Source of the DNA: Basidiobolus meristosporus CBS 931.73 | Taxonomy: Eukaryota; Fungi; Basidiobolomycota | Direction: 5' to 3' | Assembly (NCBI GenBank): GCA_002104905.1 | Contig: MCFE01000319.1 | Coordinates: forward strand, 1-64,000 | Length of the DNA: 64,000 bases | Shown: positions 49,468-61,479 of the stretch, piece by piece | Layout: the number at the start of each line of letters is the position of its first letter | Numbering within the stretch: position 1 is the stretch's first letter | The notes under the pieces: model-generated | The model's input: the letters and a program-made list of their open reading frames with translations, nothing else | What the model was told of the DNA's origin: nothing | Database searches by the model: none | Program-made: the position numbers and the translations under genes

Positions 49468-51005
49468 TTCTAAAAAAGTGTGGAAATAAAGTTGAGAGAG
49501 CCGCCTCAGACGTCTTTTTGAAGCGATTATGTTTATGAGCCCCTAAGTCACTTAATGATGCAATGTTATAAGGGGTGGAGTCCAAAAGTATTTCAGGGGA
49601 TCTTTTTGAGCAAGTTTCTACGATTGGGTTGTGAAGTGACCTCACTATCTGTGCTTGGTAGTGATCGTTATTTTAAGAAGTAGTACAAATGCAAAGAAAA
49701 AGATCAAAGCCCCACGATGTGATGCTCTGCGGAATGGAGTTGAAACGTTATTGATCTTGGATTGCATTAGAGCATGGGGACTGCATTTTGAGGTCTGGAC
49801 ACAATATATACTTGATGCCAACCTTTTCAATTCGGCTGCATATTGGCAGGTATTGCTAGTAGGGGTGTCACGTAGTTGCACGCATCTTCAACGTTGGAAC
49901 TATTCCATCTATTACCACGGTATCCGGTTTTGGGCTGATTACATTAATATACGAGCCAGGCTATCTTCATGTTCATATTGCTCACTGTGCAAATGTAGCA
50001 AGGTATACAGGATTACTAATGATTCCGCGTGTTGGTACATACTGGTCCGCTTCGCTGTGTTTCGTGCAACCTCTCATTTCATTGTCAAGGTGCAGATAGC
50101 TGGCACATTGTTTATATGTGGGGCTTCAGGGGCTTAAGCGAGATATTAGCCAGAGCAGGTAGTAATGCATGTCGGATCTCACGAATCCTGATACTGTGGC
50201 TCTAGACTGTTCTTTTGACACTAGTAGTTGCTACGTTGTAAAGGCGAAGCACGCTTCATACGGTATGAATTGTTTGTTGACTGAATTCTAGTTCAGACAG
50301 CACATTGAGTGAGTGCGATCTATCTATATGTAAATCAATCGAAGAGAATTCTGATTCAGTTTCACCAGCGACTACATTTCATTAGGTTCGGCGCAAAGTT
50401 GATTATGCGCTAATTACATATTGGGAAAGCATCACTTGAACCCTCGAGTCTTGTGTTTTGGCCAAGAATTGCTGCAAGATAATGACAGTTGTTTCCATTT
50501 CAAGCTAAAAAAGCAGTCCATTCGGTTCTGTCTAATATTTTTCCGGATTTAGTTTGATTGGGAGTGAGATCGAATCCCCTTGTGTTAGGGAGATAAGGAC
50601 CGAAAGCGGAGAAAACCGCAGGTTTCACCAGATAGCTGAGCAAAGAGAGCAGTGCTTTGCCATCCAGGCATTGTAGGCGCGGAGAATGGCATGAGCCTCC
50701 AACGGACTCGAAGTGAATCCACTGTTGATATATCCGCGTCATAATGGCTGGAATGGAATCCACTAGCGTTATGGCGGATCTACCTGAATGATGTCGGGAG
50801 GGGCGCTGTTTGTTTGTAGGGATAGTACGCTTTTGCCCCTCTAATTCATTGAATCATAATATTGATGAATGAATGCTTTGCTGACATCTGTCGATTATCC
50901 AATAAAAATCCGTGTACAAAATTTGGTTATTCGAGATAATACAATGTTGCTCGAATTTGTGTTCAAGCAATTCTCGAATTCCACTCTGCTATCCAGCATA
51001 CTAGT

Positions 51006-52333
51006 ATGGACTCGTTCTCTGCCTTCAGTCAAAAGCTCAATCCACTTGCTAAGAGGCTCACGCAAAGTTTTGGACAAGCAAGACAAGTACGAAACAACAC
51101 TTGATAATCTTCTACTCGCCTTTTTTAAAACTTTTGTACAGCTTGCCCAAGAGAAATTTGGCGGTGCAGGTGAAATTACGCCACTACCTCAAGAGTATAC
51201 CGACCTGGAGAAGGTTTTTCGTTATTCGTATCTTTAGTATGTATTTCTATCCTCTAACTCACCACTGCTTCCGCCCATCAATTCCTTAGAAAGTTGAAGC
51301 CATACGCAGCATTCACGTTAATCTATTAAAAGTTACACGTGTGTTTATGTCCGAAAGCTATGACTATCCTTTGCACCTCCAAGATTCGCTTGCTGATGTT
51401 TCCCGCACACTTGTCAAAGAATTCAAACAGATTGCTTTGGGTGAGCCTGGACAAGATGAGCTTGAATCTGAAGAAGCCCCCAAAACACTAAGCCATGCAT
51501 TATCCCGTGCCTCCTCTAAGGGCGCTGAAGAAGTAGGTCTTGAAGAGCCGCTTGGTAATGAATCTTCATGTGGACTATCGCTACACAATACTAACCGAAG
51601 ATACCTTCAGGCGCTGCCTTAGGTAAATTCTCTGCCGCACAAGAGAAGATCGGCGACGAAAGGATGACAATGGTATTGTTGGATTTCTATTAGTTTGTTT
51701 GCGAACAAATGTGAATCCGTTGATTTTGGCAGCTTACCCACATGCTTTGCAGGACAACGATATCATGAAAAAATTCATTCATCCTTTCGATAACACATTG
51801 AGTACAAGTATTCAAGCCGCTTTGGTAGGGTTACTTGTATTCTTGCCATCCTTTGATTTGTATATTTATTCTGTCACGAAAAGAGAGATCAAAAGAAAGT
51901 GAACACCGCTCGACTAAACTTGGATGCCGCCAAGAACAACTTGAGTAATGCCACACCAGACAAGGCGGAGGCGGTAATGATTACTAGTGACAATTCTTCC
52001 CGAGGCAATATCGAGAACTCATCTTTTAGATAAAGTTAGAGATTGAGCAGGCCGAGATAAAGCTTCTCTCTGCGATCGAGGAAGCGAAGATTTCCATGAG
52101 AGCCGTTGTGGAGAATGTACGTACTTCATCAACTTGTCAGAGAATATCTACCTCTAGCATTAACTCCATTTGTTTGCACTCTCAAGCCCGAACCACTTCG
52201 TAACTTGGCTGATCTCGTTATGGCACAGCTTGCTTATTACAAGTTGGGCTTCGAGGTGCTTAGTGAAATTGCGCCTGAAATCGATGAGATGCAGGTGACA
52301 CAGGAGGCCCTGTACAGAAAAAGTAGAGAATGA
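51006..52333 (+). CDS. BAR-domain protein (Gvp36-like), multi-exon
   Basis: MDSFSAFSQKLNPLAKRLTQSFGQARQ/LAQEKFGG..EITPLPQEYTDLEK, ESYDYP, PKTLSHALSRAS, RAKLDAAK, LRNLADLVMAQLAYYK. Confidence 0.85.
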
Positions 52334-52569
52334 TCGGTTCACAAACGTGCTCCATTTATTGATAAAGCGTAGAACTGCGGCGAGTTGATCAATTAATCTG
52401 CAAAGAAATCTGAGCAAATTGCTGAACATGAAATAAATTTTTATCTATGGCATGTGAATTAAATTCGCCAAGAAGCTCCATGTTGGAAAGAAGCGTAGCA
52501 AGTGCATGGCTTGTAAACGCGACAGCATCAGTACGGAACTAAATGGCTGGCTGAAATACTGGTATCAAT

Positions 52570-53605
52570 CTATTCGCGCTTTTGTAAAATCTTGTCAATC
52601 AGTCCAAATGCCAGCGCTTCCTCAGCAGTCATGAAATTGTCACGTTCCATCGCTTTCTCTATATGATGGTTTGCGTTAGTGGATGAGCAGAAAATGGGAA
52701 CAAGCAACGCCCTACCGATCACTTGAAGGTCTTGCCCAGTGTGCTTGTTATAGATCTTGTTAAGGCGTTCTCTCGTTCGAAGGATCTCTCGCGCATGAAT
52801 TGCTATATCACTAGCTTGCCCTGATGCACCACCACTGGGCTGGTGAACCATTATGCTAGAATGGGGAAGCGCGAAACGCTTTCCGGGTGCACCTACACAA
52901 GCACTCATTTAGTCTGGATTGGCATACCGAGCAGAGATAGCCACAAGTTACCCGCTGCCAACAGCAAGGATCCCATTGAACATGCCTGTCCATTACAAAG
53001 AGTTGAAACGGGAGACTTGATGTATTGCATGGTATCGTAAATGGCCAGTCCGGCGGTTACACTACCACCTGGACTGTTGATATACAAGCTGATGGGCTTT
53101 TCTGGGTTTTCAGCCTCCAGGAATAATAATTGGGCAACAATCAAAGAAGCGGTTCCATCGTGTACCTACAGTGGCAGTTGATATTGAAGAAGAATTGTCA
53201 ATTAATGGCTGGAGTAGGGAGTCGGTTTGCTTGACGTACCTGGCCATTCAGACAAATGATGCGCTCTTTCAGGAGTCTCGAGAAAATATCGTAAGAGCGC
53301 TCGCCTCTGGCCTGATTTATGGTTATTTGCGCGCTTATAGTGAAGGAAAAACTGAATGATTCTCACCGATTGTTCCACAACAATTGGTACCAAATCGGAT
53401 GTAATGGGAGTACCGTTGTAGGTTGGTGTTTTCGTTTCCGGAGAAAAGCCGAATTGAGCGCCAGACCAACCATAGTAAGACCTCGTGAATTGCTACCAGA
53501 AATAAGTCAGTTCCTCAAGTAACAAATCAACAACAATAAGGAAGGTTATGTCTTTGTTACCTTCAAGGCGGAGGAGCGAGTATAAGTGGAGATGGAGCGT
53601 AGCAT
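52570..53605 (-). CDS. clpP: Mitochondrial ATP-dependent Clp protease proteolytic subunit, multi-exon
   Basis: Presequence-like [73 protein letters not shown] (Ser), IMVHQP (His), MERDNFM (Asp). Confidence 0.95.
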
Positions 53606-55569
53606 GTTCAATAGGGCTCAAGTGAGAGAGGTGGTGTGCTTTTATTGAAAGGTGGTTCTTGTGTTGGAGGGGATCATGAGTGATTCTGCAGCCTATGAAT
53701 AACGTAACAACCCATGAGGTTCATGAGAATTTTAGATTCCGTTAATTTCCAAACCATCCCGATCCAAAATCAAATTTATCTTCAACAATATGTTGGCATT
53801 GTTGAAAGTCCGACCTGAGAAAATTTCACTGTTTGGTTGTATGATCATCACATACATACGTCTATTTCACACAGAGCAATGACGTTTTCATCGTGCGAAG
53901 CTGTGAGTGGCATGACGCTGAGAGAAGTGAGGGGCAGGAGCCATGTGCCATCTAGTGCCGTTGTAATGCCCAAGTGATCTGTTCGATATTCATCAATTTA
54001 TGTGAGCACGGTGGATTTCCTTGCGTCCCACTGTATACATAACGTTCATTGATAACATGGCATAATTCTTGCCCTATTGAACATTAACCCGGTTAATAGG
54101 CAATGTTATGAGATAGATGACTATATTCTTTTCATCAGTGAACAGTGGGTCCTACCTAATACGAACAGCCCAAACATAACGGACACTGTTGATTTCCAAT
54201 TCATAAATCGCGCCGTTTCTTTAATGAATCCAAAGATGCCAATTGCTAGCCATGACCGTAATATATACTCGTATACAGAATACACATGGTGCCTGCTTCA
54301 GTAGCCACCATACCCGATCTCTCTTCTGGGTGCTGTCAAAGGGCACCTCAAGCATGTAGGGCACGCAAAATACTCGCCACTCTAGTAGCAACAGGAAAAA
54401 TATACAATCACACTAAACCACAGTGAAGCTTCCTGCTAGTTTGCAAGTGGCTAAACCTCTCCTTATTTACTCACCAAGATGATTCTGGTATTCCCGAATG
54501 ATTGAGCTTGTATGCCACTCATGTCTTGTTTGCTATCCGTTTGATCGTCGCACTCACTCGGTGAACTACACATAGCATGGATTACGTAACTAGCCTCTCT
54601 TTGGGACAATAATTGCCTACTGATGGAGCGTGGCTACACGAGGTATTCGCCCACAAATCCAATCCTTGTTTGGTGTGAAACACCAGTTAGTTAGGCAGTC
54701 TTGCCACTGGCCATTGTGGGAGACTATCACGCCATTATCGATTCGTTCAGCTAAATTCCATAGGGAATCATGCTACAAACACACGTTTCTATTCTTCTTT
54801 ATATTGCCCTACTGCCAGTGCTTACCATAAGAAACCAAGGGGGTTGTACTGTTAAACCTGGCTTGTTGACAAGAGACCTCTGCAACTGGTACTAGACAGT
54901 GCAGCACATGATCGATAGATCCGTAGTGTGAGTACTAGCATGCCACAAATTCATACTTGGCCATTTTTGCAAATTATTCGGTTAATTCGTCAGAAGGGCG
55001 GAAACACTAACACGATTGGTAATTTCCAAGACCACATTACAGTGACCCTCCAATGAGGACCCCTACACTTAATTCTTTTGTCTCTATTAACATTACCGAA
55101 TCCCCATCTTTTGACATTGTATTTCCTCCGTTTATGAGTGTTAGTGGTAACTTGAAACCTTTGGAAGTGGAGAGGAAATACTGGTTTAGTTTAGTCCTAA
55201 CCGAAGAGTGTATTGTCCTATCAGAAAATTCAGTACTGGATTTTTTGCCGGTATTCATACCTTTTCAATACGGTCTCATGATGGTTTTCCACCCCCCCCA
55301 TATACTGCCATAAACTTGTATTGCTCATAACTTCTCAGTAAGATAGTGGCTGGGTTTCATACTTTGCTATGGAATAGCACATAGACCTACATATTGTATG
55401 TAGCACTGTGTCTATAGAAGTTAATGAGATGTTTAGGTGCAAATACAAAATATACAACATAAACCATATTTTCTCAATGTCCAGAATACTGAATTTCTCT
55501 ACGCTTTGCAAGCCTGGATCCTCTTTGTACATGTTCTCTATGGCATTGTCAAAGTATTACCTCATACTT

Positions 55570-56760
55570 TCCATTCAGTCAATCATTAAGTAAGAAAAAT
55601 TTTATCTGCCAACCCTTCCAATCCCTTCCAGCCTCTTGAAAGCACTCACAGCATGCAATGAGCCCAAAGCTATAGCTTTCTGAAATGTCTGCTATGTTAT
55701 GGATTTTATATTTACACCCAAATATCGCATCAGCTTAGTCATTTAGATAGTAGGTTATAGATGTTGTAATTATTTGATTACACCCAAACCACTCATTAAA
55801 TGTAAGATTCTACTTGGCTTATTGCTAACTTATAAATTATCGATATTAGCTAATTCTTAGATTTAGTGAACCCTATGAGAAATCTCAATGTTGGAGTTCA
55901 TTGGACTTTTAGCTGGTATTCTGATGGTATATTGCTGGTATTCAGCTGGTGCTTCTGCTTCAGATTTTCAGGTGCACTTTTTGGTGGAAGCAATGTGCAG
56001 CTGATTACTAAATTTGGCATGAATGCTAGTTGGCCTTGTCTCCTCTGGGAAAGGATGTCTGCTTATCTGCTGTGAGGCTAGTATCTGAGATATTGAGAAT
56101 TGTCACTTTTGGAAAAGTTGAAATCAGCTGATATTATGATGGTATTTTGCTGGCCTTTTGTGAATATTTTTCTTAGCGGAGGGTCTAGAAGTTAAAATGT
56201 TTTCAAACTCGTCCAATAGCCCCCAAACTTTGCATACAGCTTCCTGTAGCTCTTCTTGAAGCATTCTCAGCTTTGGTCTTACAAATTTCCCTTAAATGTG
56301 GATATCATGCAATTCTTCTGGTTCTCCAAATCACCTCCAATACTCCCTAAAATCTTGCAACAAATACTTTGGTAGTGGGAGAACTCAAAGGCTTCAAGTC
56401 TTTTATCAGACTTTATTTTGTAAATAGGTCATGGTTGAGCAATATAAAGCAAGAGAATAAATATATTATACAAGGTCATAGCAATATGTGTCCATAGGTC
56501 CAGGTCTATGCAAGATGGATAACTCAATTCATATGCAAATTTGAAGTAAGTGTACCATATTGAAATTCATTCCCAAAATAATGTAAAGGCAAAAAAATCA
56601 TTATGTGCAAATAGTGCGGTGCTGTTTATTTACAATATACTAATCAGGGAAATCACACTTCCTGGTAATTAATACTGAGCCATTTCCGAGCCCCAGTTTG
56701 AAAACTCTGTACGATGACACCCCCACCAACAAGGCTACATCTCAAACTAGGGAATAAATA
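55570..56760. mobile_element. CpG-depleted degenerate repeat/transposon-like relic (unclassified)
   Basis: Only 7 CG dinucleotides counted in 55561-56760, and TG/CA-rich. The minus strand has broken coding-like stretches, but no family could be assigned. Confidence 0.3.
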
Positions 56761-59700
56761 CAAAACTTAATTTTTGCCAAGGCAAGATTGTTCTCGCGTA
56801 TGGTGTGCCAAACCCATCCAGTGGCAAGATGTCAACATTTCTACATGGGGAAATGTAGATTTTTGCCAACGTATGAGTACGAGTAAGTTCTGAAAATGGC
56901 TGGAATACCCGCAAAAGAAGTGGAGAATCCTGGCTTTCCTGCAGGAGTTTTGATTTCCATAAGCAGAATCAAAGGAAAGCTTGCGCAAGGAACATGCCAG
57001 TGACTTGTCACATTCTACAGAGTAAATCGCTTTCTATTGAGCTGATATTGAGTGAATTCTGCAATCTATAACCATGGCTGCGGGTTGTAAGAGTTTAGAG
57101 CAGCCGTTAAGCTAGGGGATCAGACTCGTTTTTGCAGTAGTATATTCAAAGACCCTCGGCACGTTAGAAGCTAAGGCATAAACCAACACCAAGCAGAAAT
57201 CAGCTATTAATGTCCCTTTTCGAGAGGCATAACATGGAACTACATGTTAGGCCTCAGGTAGAAACAGCAGCAGGGTGCATTGCTAGAAAAATGGCACGAG
57301 TAATCTGGTGATTTCAGCGTAGGGTCGGCGTAGTTTGTATTCGATAAGTATTTTTAAGAAAATGTCTACACGCTCTATACTGGCCATCGTGCAGGGCCTG
57401 GTATTCCTGTATTCATATTTCAATAATACATGTAAACATAAATATAAGGACTATGGAGCAGCTATGTACACAATGTGTTACGGTCACCACAGCACAATAA
57501 ATTTTGAAATTTTAATGGTTAGTTGGTGATTAGCATGCCTTAGGATCTGTCCAACACTAAAGTTATTATGTATACTTTCATGATAAACAGGCTATTTCCG
57601 ATACATTCCACGTCATTTGCACCAATTGCATTCAAGTAGTTGTATTCACTTATGGAGGGTACCTAATACTATAGCTACTATTTTGGCGCGAGAGAATATG
57701 AGCGCATATATTGAATCCATCGACAATTATAAGCGCCGATCAGAAGAAGAGGGATGCCCATCCATTAATCAAAAGTGCCCAACGTCTCGTGCTGACTTTT
57801 GAAATGCTGACGAGGAGCTTGTGCTTTCAAAACCCCATTAACAATATTTTGATTTTGATGTCTGTGCACTATGGGCATGATGCGAGGATATTCGTGAGTC
57901 ATATATATCAAGTGTAAGGGGACCAATGTTGCATCATTCCTGATGATAGTAAGAAAACACATGAGGTATGTAGCTTAGTGGCATGTATTCCTGAGCAAAA
58001 ATACGGTATATATATATATTTAAATTTATATATAATCCAGAAATTCTGAATGCAAAAAACAATTGCGACAAATTTTAAGATCACTATCATGCAACTTTGG
58101 ATTTACATATGCATCACCAACTTGACAAATTCCATACACCCTTATGGTTGCGACACGTAATAGCTAGTTGGCAACATTAGGAGTACCTCCTAAGTAGGAT
58201 AGAACTGGCGTTGAGATACACAAAAGTATCACCTATTGTGTTACATTCCAAGGCCATAGACTGCGAGCAGGAGCTGTCGCTTGAATGGCCATGGTACTTA
58301 TTGGTATAGATTTACATATGAACTTTATAATATCTGTACTATTAGTGTCACACATATACTTACGTTTACAAATCCATAAATTTCTATAAATCCCTCACAT
58401 ATTTTTTATTAGTCCTGGACCAGCTCATTACTCAACGTTATCTTGAAAGTTACAATGAAAACTGTATAACACAACTGGCTGTGCAATAAGCCAGGGAAGG
58501 TTCTGGACCTGAAACACTGTCATCAGATGGCTGATGGTCTCACTGATTAGATATTTACGGAAAGCCGTACCTTGAGGACACGGAGTTAGAATTGCTAATG
58601 ACGGCACATTATACTAACTGACCGCTAGGTAAAGTAGCAAACTCAAGGTACAGACTGATCTTTACAAGACTTTAGAATACTCCTAGTCATTAGGCCTGAC
58701 CAACCAAGTCGGAGATGAATTTGCACCTCCACCATAGTAATTCATTAGGTGGTTGAACGAACTTTATAATGTATAGGTGATGTATTTGCAAACCTTCAAT
58801 GCGGGGAATCCTCATGTTGCATACTCACATCTACTAAAAATAGAAGTGTGTCCTGATCGTAACTTAATATTTCATTTGATAGTGACTTCTTACCCGTATA
58901 TCTCTAACCAATGAATAGTGGCGGAGCTTAAAACTTGGTACCTCCTGAAGGTATGTTGATAAGAAATCCGGCATAGTACACTTTAGGAATAAATTACGAT
59001 CATTTTCAAAATATTACATGATGCACAAAACTCAATTGACGTTGGTAATTCGATCAACCTAGCCGCTGAGGAACAGAATAGTCTTCCTTATTATCCATCT
59101 GCACCAGTGATATATGGCAACCTGAGGAATGCATGAATTATACCCCCTTCTAAACCGAGCTGATTGGCGCAAGAGGTGGGCTATATGCCTTTCGAGTAGC
59201 TTCACTATTGATCATCTGGTTGTTCTTTTAAAGGAAACTCAATTCAGCGATTTTATGGAGTTCACACGACAGTACAATTCTAAACCAGCCTCTTTGAAAT
59301 CACACTGAGACTGATTCGGTAGTGCGCATCAATCAAATGCTCTTCATCATCTTGAGCCTCATTGGCTCCAAAGGGAGCTGCCAGGCCTAGACCGCTACCG
59401 GCTAGATTTGGCTTCGATAGAGTAGCACTTTCTATTGGCCCAGTGGAGTTTGTGGCTGAGTTGCTATAGTAGACGACTAATTAGAGCGAAATGAATTCTC
59501 AACATCAAGTTTCCCATTGTTGTTTTCATGCGATCATCAGGGTTATTCTCTAACCAACAAAAGCCTATTCCCACAGTACGGCCTGTAAGCTTTTGAGTGA
59601 CCCTTCGCAAGATCATCAACAGAATTAGTAGTAAATTGCGTTCCCCGTGACTAAATATACGTCATATTTCGAGACGTATTTTATAATTGGCGTTCTAGTA

Positions 59701-60786
59701 CCCTGTTACTCAAATCCTAATATCACGACACCTCAACTGGCGAGTATTACACTGATCGAGGGTGTAACTTTACGGATATACAGTGGTAGCAAGAGTTGAA
59801 GTTTCGTTGTGTGTGTGTTGAACCAAATGCCATAGGGCCAAAGGGTGAGTTTTCTGAAGAGTAGCTATAATCGAACATACATGTCGTGGGTACGGCACCA
59901 AAGTGGCTTTGGCAAACGTTTAGCCATGATGTCCAAATATCGTATTCGAGGGGCTCACCATTCCAAGTTTCTTCCATTTTAAGACTAGGGCACAGATAAC
60001 CAAATAGGGCCGATCAAGACTCTACCCACTAGTATCAGGATCACCCATATTTTAGGAAATCTTGTTTGTCGTATGGTTCTAGCGCTATTCGAACCGACAG
60101 CCTAGTTAGCTGAGAACTTGGGAGTTGACCATTGATCTGGCTTCTTCAACAAGCACCGCTAGAGTTGAACGACTTTGCTTTCGTTATCTACCTAGCTGTT
60201 CCCGTGTTTCTTCCGTATAGGCCCTACACTTCGCTATGGATTTCAAGAGATGGAATGGCTTCGAGTCGGAGACGCAGCCAAATATGATGTGCTACATTGA
60301 TGCAGTGGATGGCTCTGCTTACAAGTTGCCAACAGGCTTTATTTAGCTTGATCGGCTCGACTGCTATTCAACCGAGACATGACATAATGGTGCATTAGAT
60401 TAACTCACTAACCAATTCATTAGGATCAGTGGACAGAATCCTTATAGTCACCATGTATGGATTAGACTGGGACAGATCAATTCGTCGTAAAGTTGTAAAG
60501 GCACTGGTTTAGCCACAATTGTGGAGTTTGTAAACGTATCATTTTTCGGTAAATGGTATGTCTGTAAATACGCGAGCTCAGTATGATCAGGTGTAGCAAA
60601 GGACCTGTTACCAATAGCACGCAAGCTATTAATTGCAAGACATGCTATTGATCATTAATTACATCAACCTTTGTATAATTGACACTGATGTTTATTTATA
60701 TACATAAGAATTAACAAGATCTACGGCTTTCTGCTCAGAAAACTCAGGCATAATATTATCTACAATGAGGATCGATCATAATGGAT

Positions 60787-61479
60787 TCAAGGGTTCAGGA
60801 GAGACTCGACTGAGAAGATCGAGTTTGTCCTTGAGGTGCCTTGAGGTTTCCGATCAAGCATGATAGAGGTTTGCCATTTGTATGCTGGAGTGAACAAGGG
60901 CTCGCAAGATTGGGTAAATGGATAATGACCAACAACCAACATGGAATGCCCCTCGATATCAGTTGGTGTAATGGGGCTTGTCGGCTCAGAAGATGTCCAT
61001 CTGTCGTTGTAAAGCCCGGCGGGTTTTGGGAGGGAGTACACATCATCTTGGTATGGGAGGAATGGTGCAGGTCGAGATTTCTTACTCTTTGCGGAGCACA
61101 GGCTTACTTCCTCGGGCTTCCGCTTCGAAGCAGGGCTGGTGCCTCTTGAGGGATCTATCTGGGTATTTGCTGGCTCATTGGTACATGGCTTCTTTTCGTG
61201 AATACGCTTGTGTCTGAGCAGCTCGTCAGACCGCGCAAAGCTCTTTAAGCAACCATAAAAATCACAGTGATAAGGCTTTTCGCCTGTGTGAGTTCGAAGA
61301 TGCCTAGTGCGATGTTCCAAGCGGTTGAAGGACTTATCACAGAGATTGCAAGCATATGGGCGGGGCGCCTTCATTGCATTGGTTGCAATAGAGAAAGTAT
61401 GGAAGTATGGGTTTGGCTTGGGGGACTTCTTATCCCTATTGAGCAAGTTTGTGATGTTCAATGGTCCACTAGTGTTCAT
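60787..61479 (-). CDS. C2H2 zinc-finger transcription factor, CreA/Mig1-like, intronless 230 aa
   Basis: [55 protein letters not shown] matches the Mig1/CreA finger pair (RLEH.TRH, RSDEL.RH). TATAAA about 50 nt upstream. Confidence 0.88.
   Translation of the reverse strand: MNTSGPLNITNLLNRDKKSPKPNPYFHTFSIATNAMKAPRPYACNLCDKSFNRLEHRTRHLRTHTGEKPYHCDFYGCLKSFARSDELLRHKRIHEKKPCTNEPANTQIDPSRGTSPASKRKPEEVSLCSAKSKKSRPAPFLPYQDDVYSLPKPAGLYNDRWTSSEPTSPITPTDIEGHSMLVVGHYPFTQSCEPLFTPAYKWQTSIMLDRKPQGTSRTNSIFSVESLLNP

Noticed and set aside
49655-50763. ORFs 49655..50137 (+) and 50500..50763 (-)
   Set aside because: No recognisable domain, start context or splice structure.
59747-60050. W..WL…FDYSYSSENSPFGPMAFG, resembling the Gypsy integrase FAYN…SPF..FG motif
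   Set aside because: Only partial similarity. The upstream HPQ.DGQ.ER is not convincingly present and no LTRs were seen.
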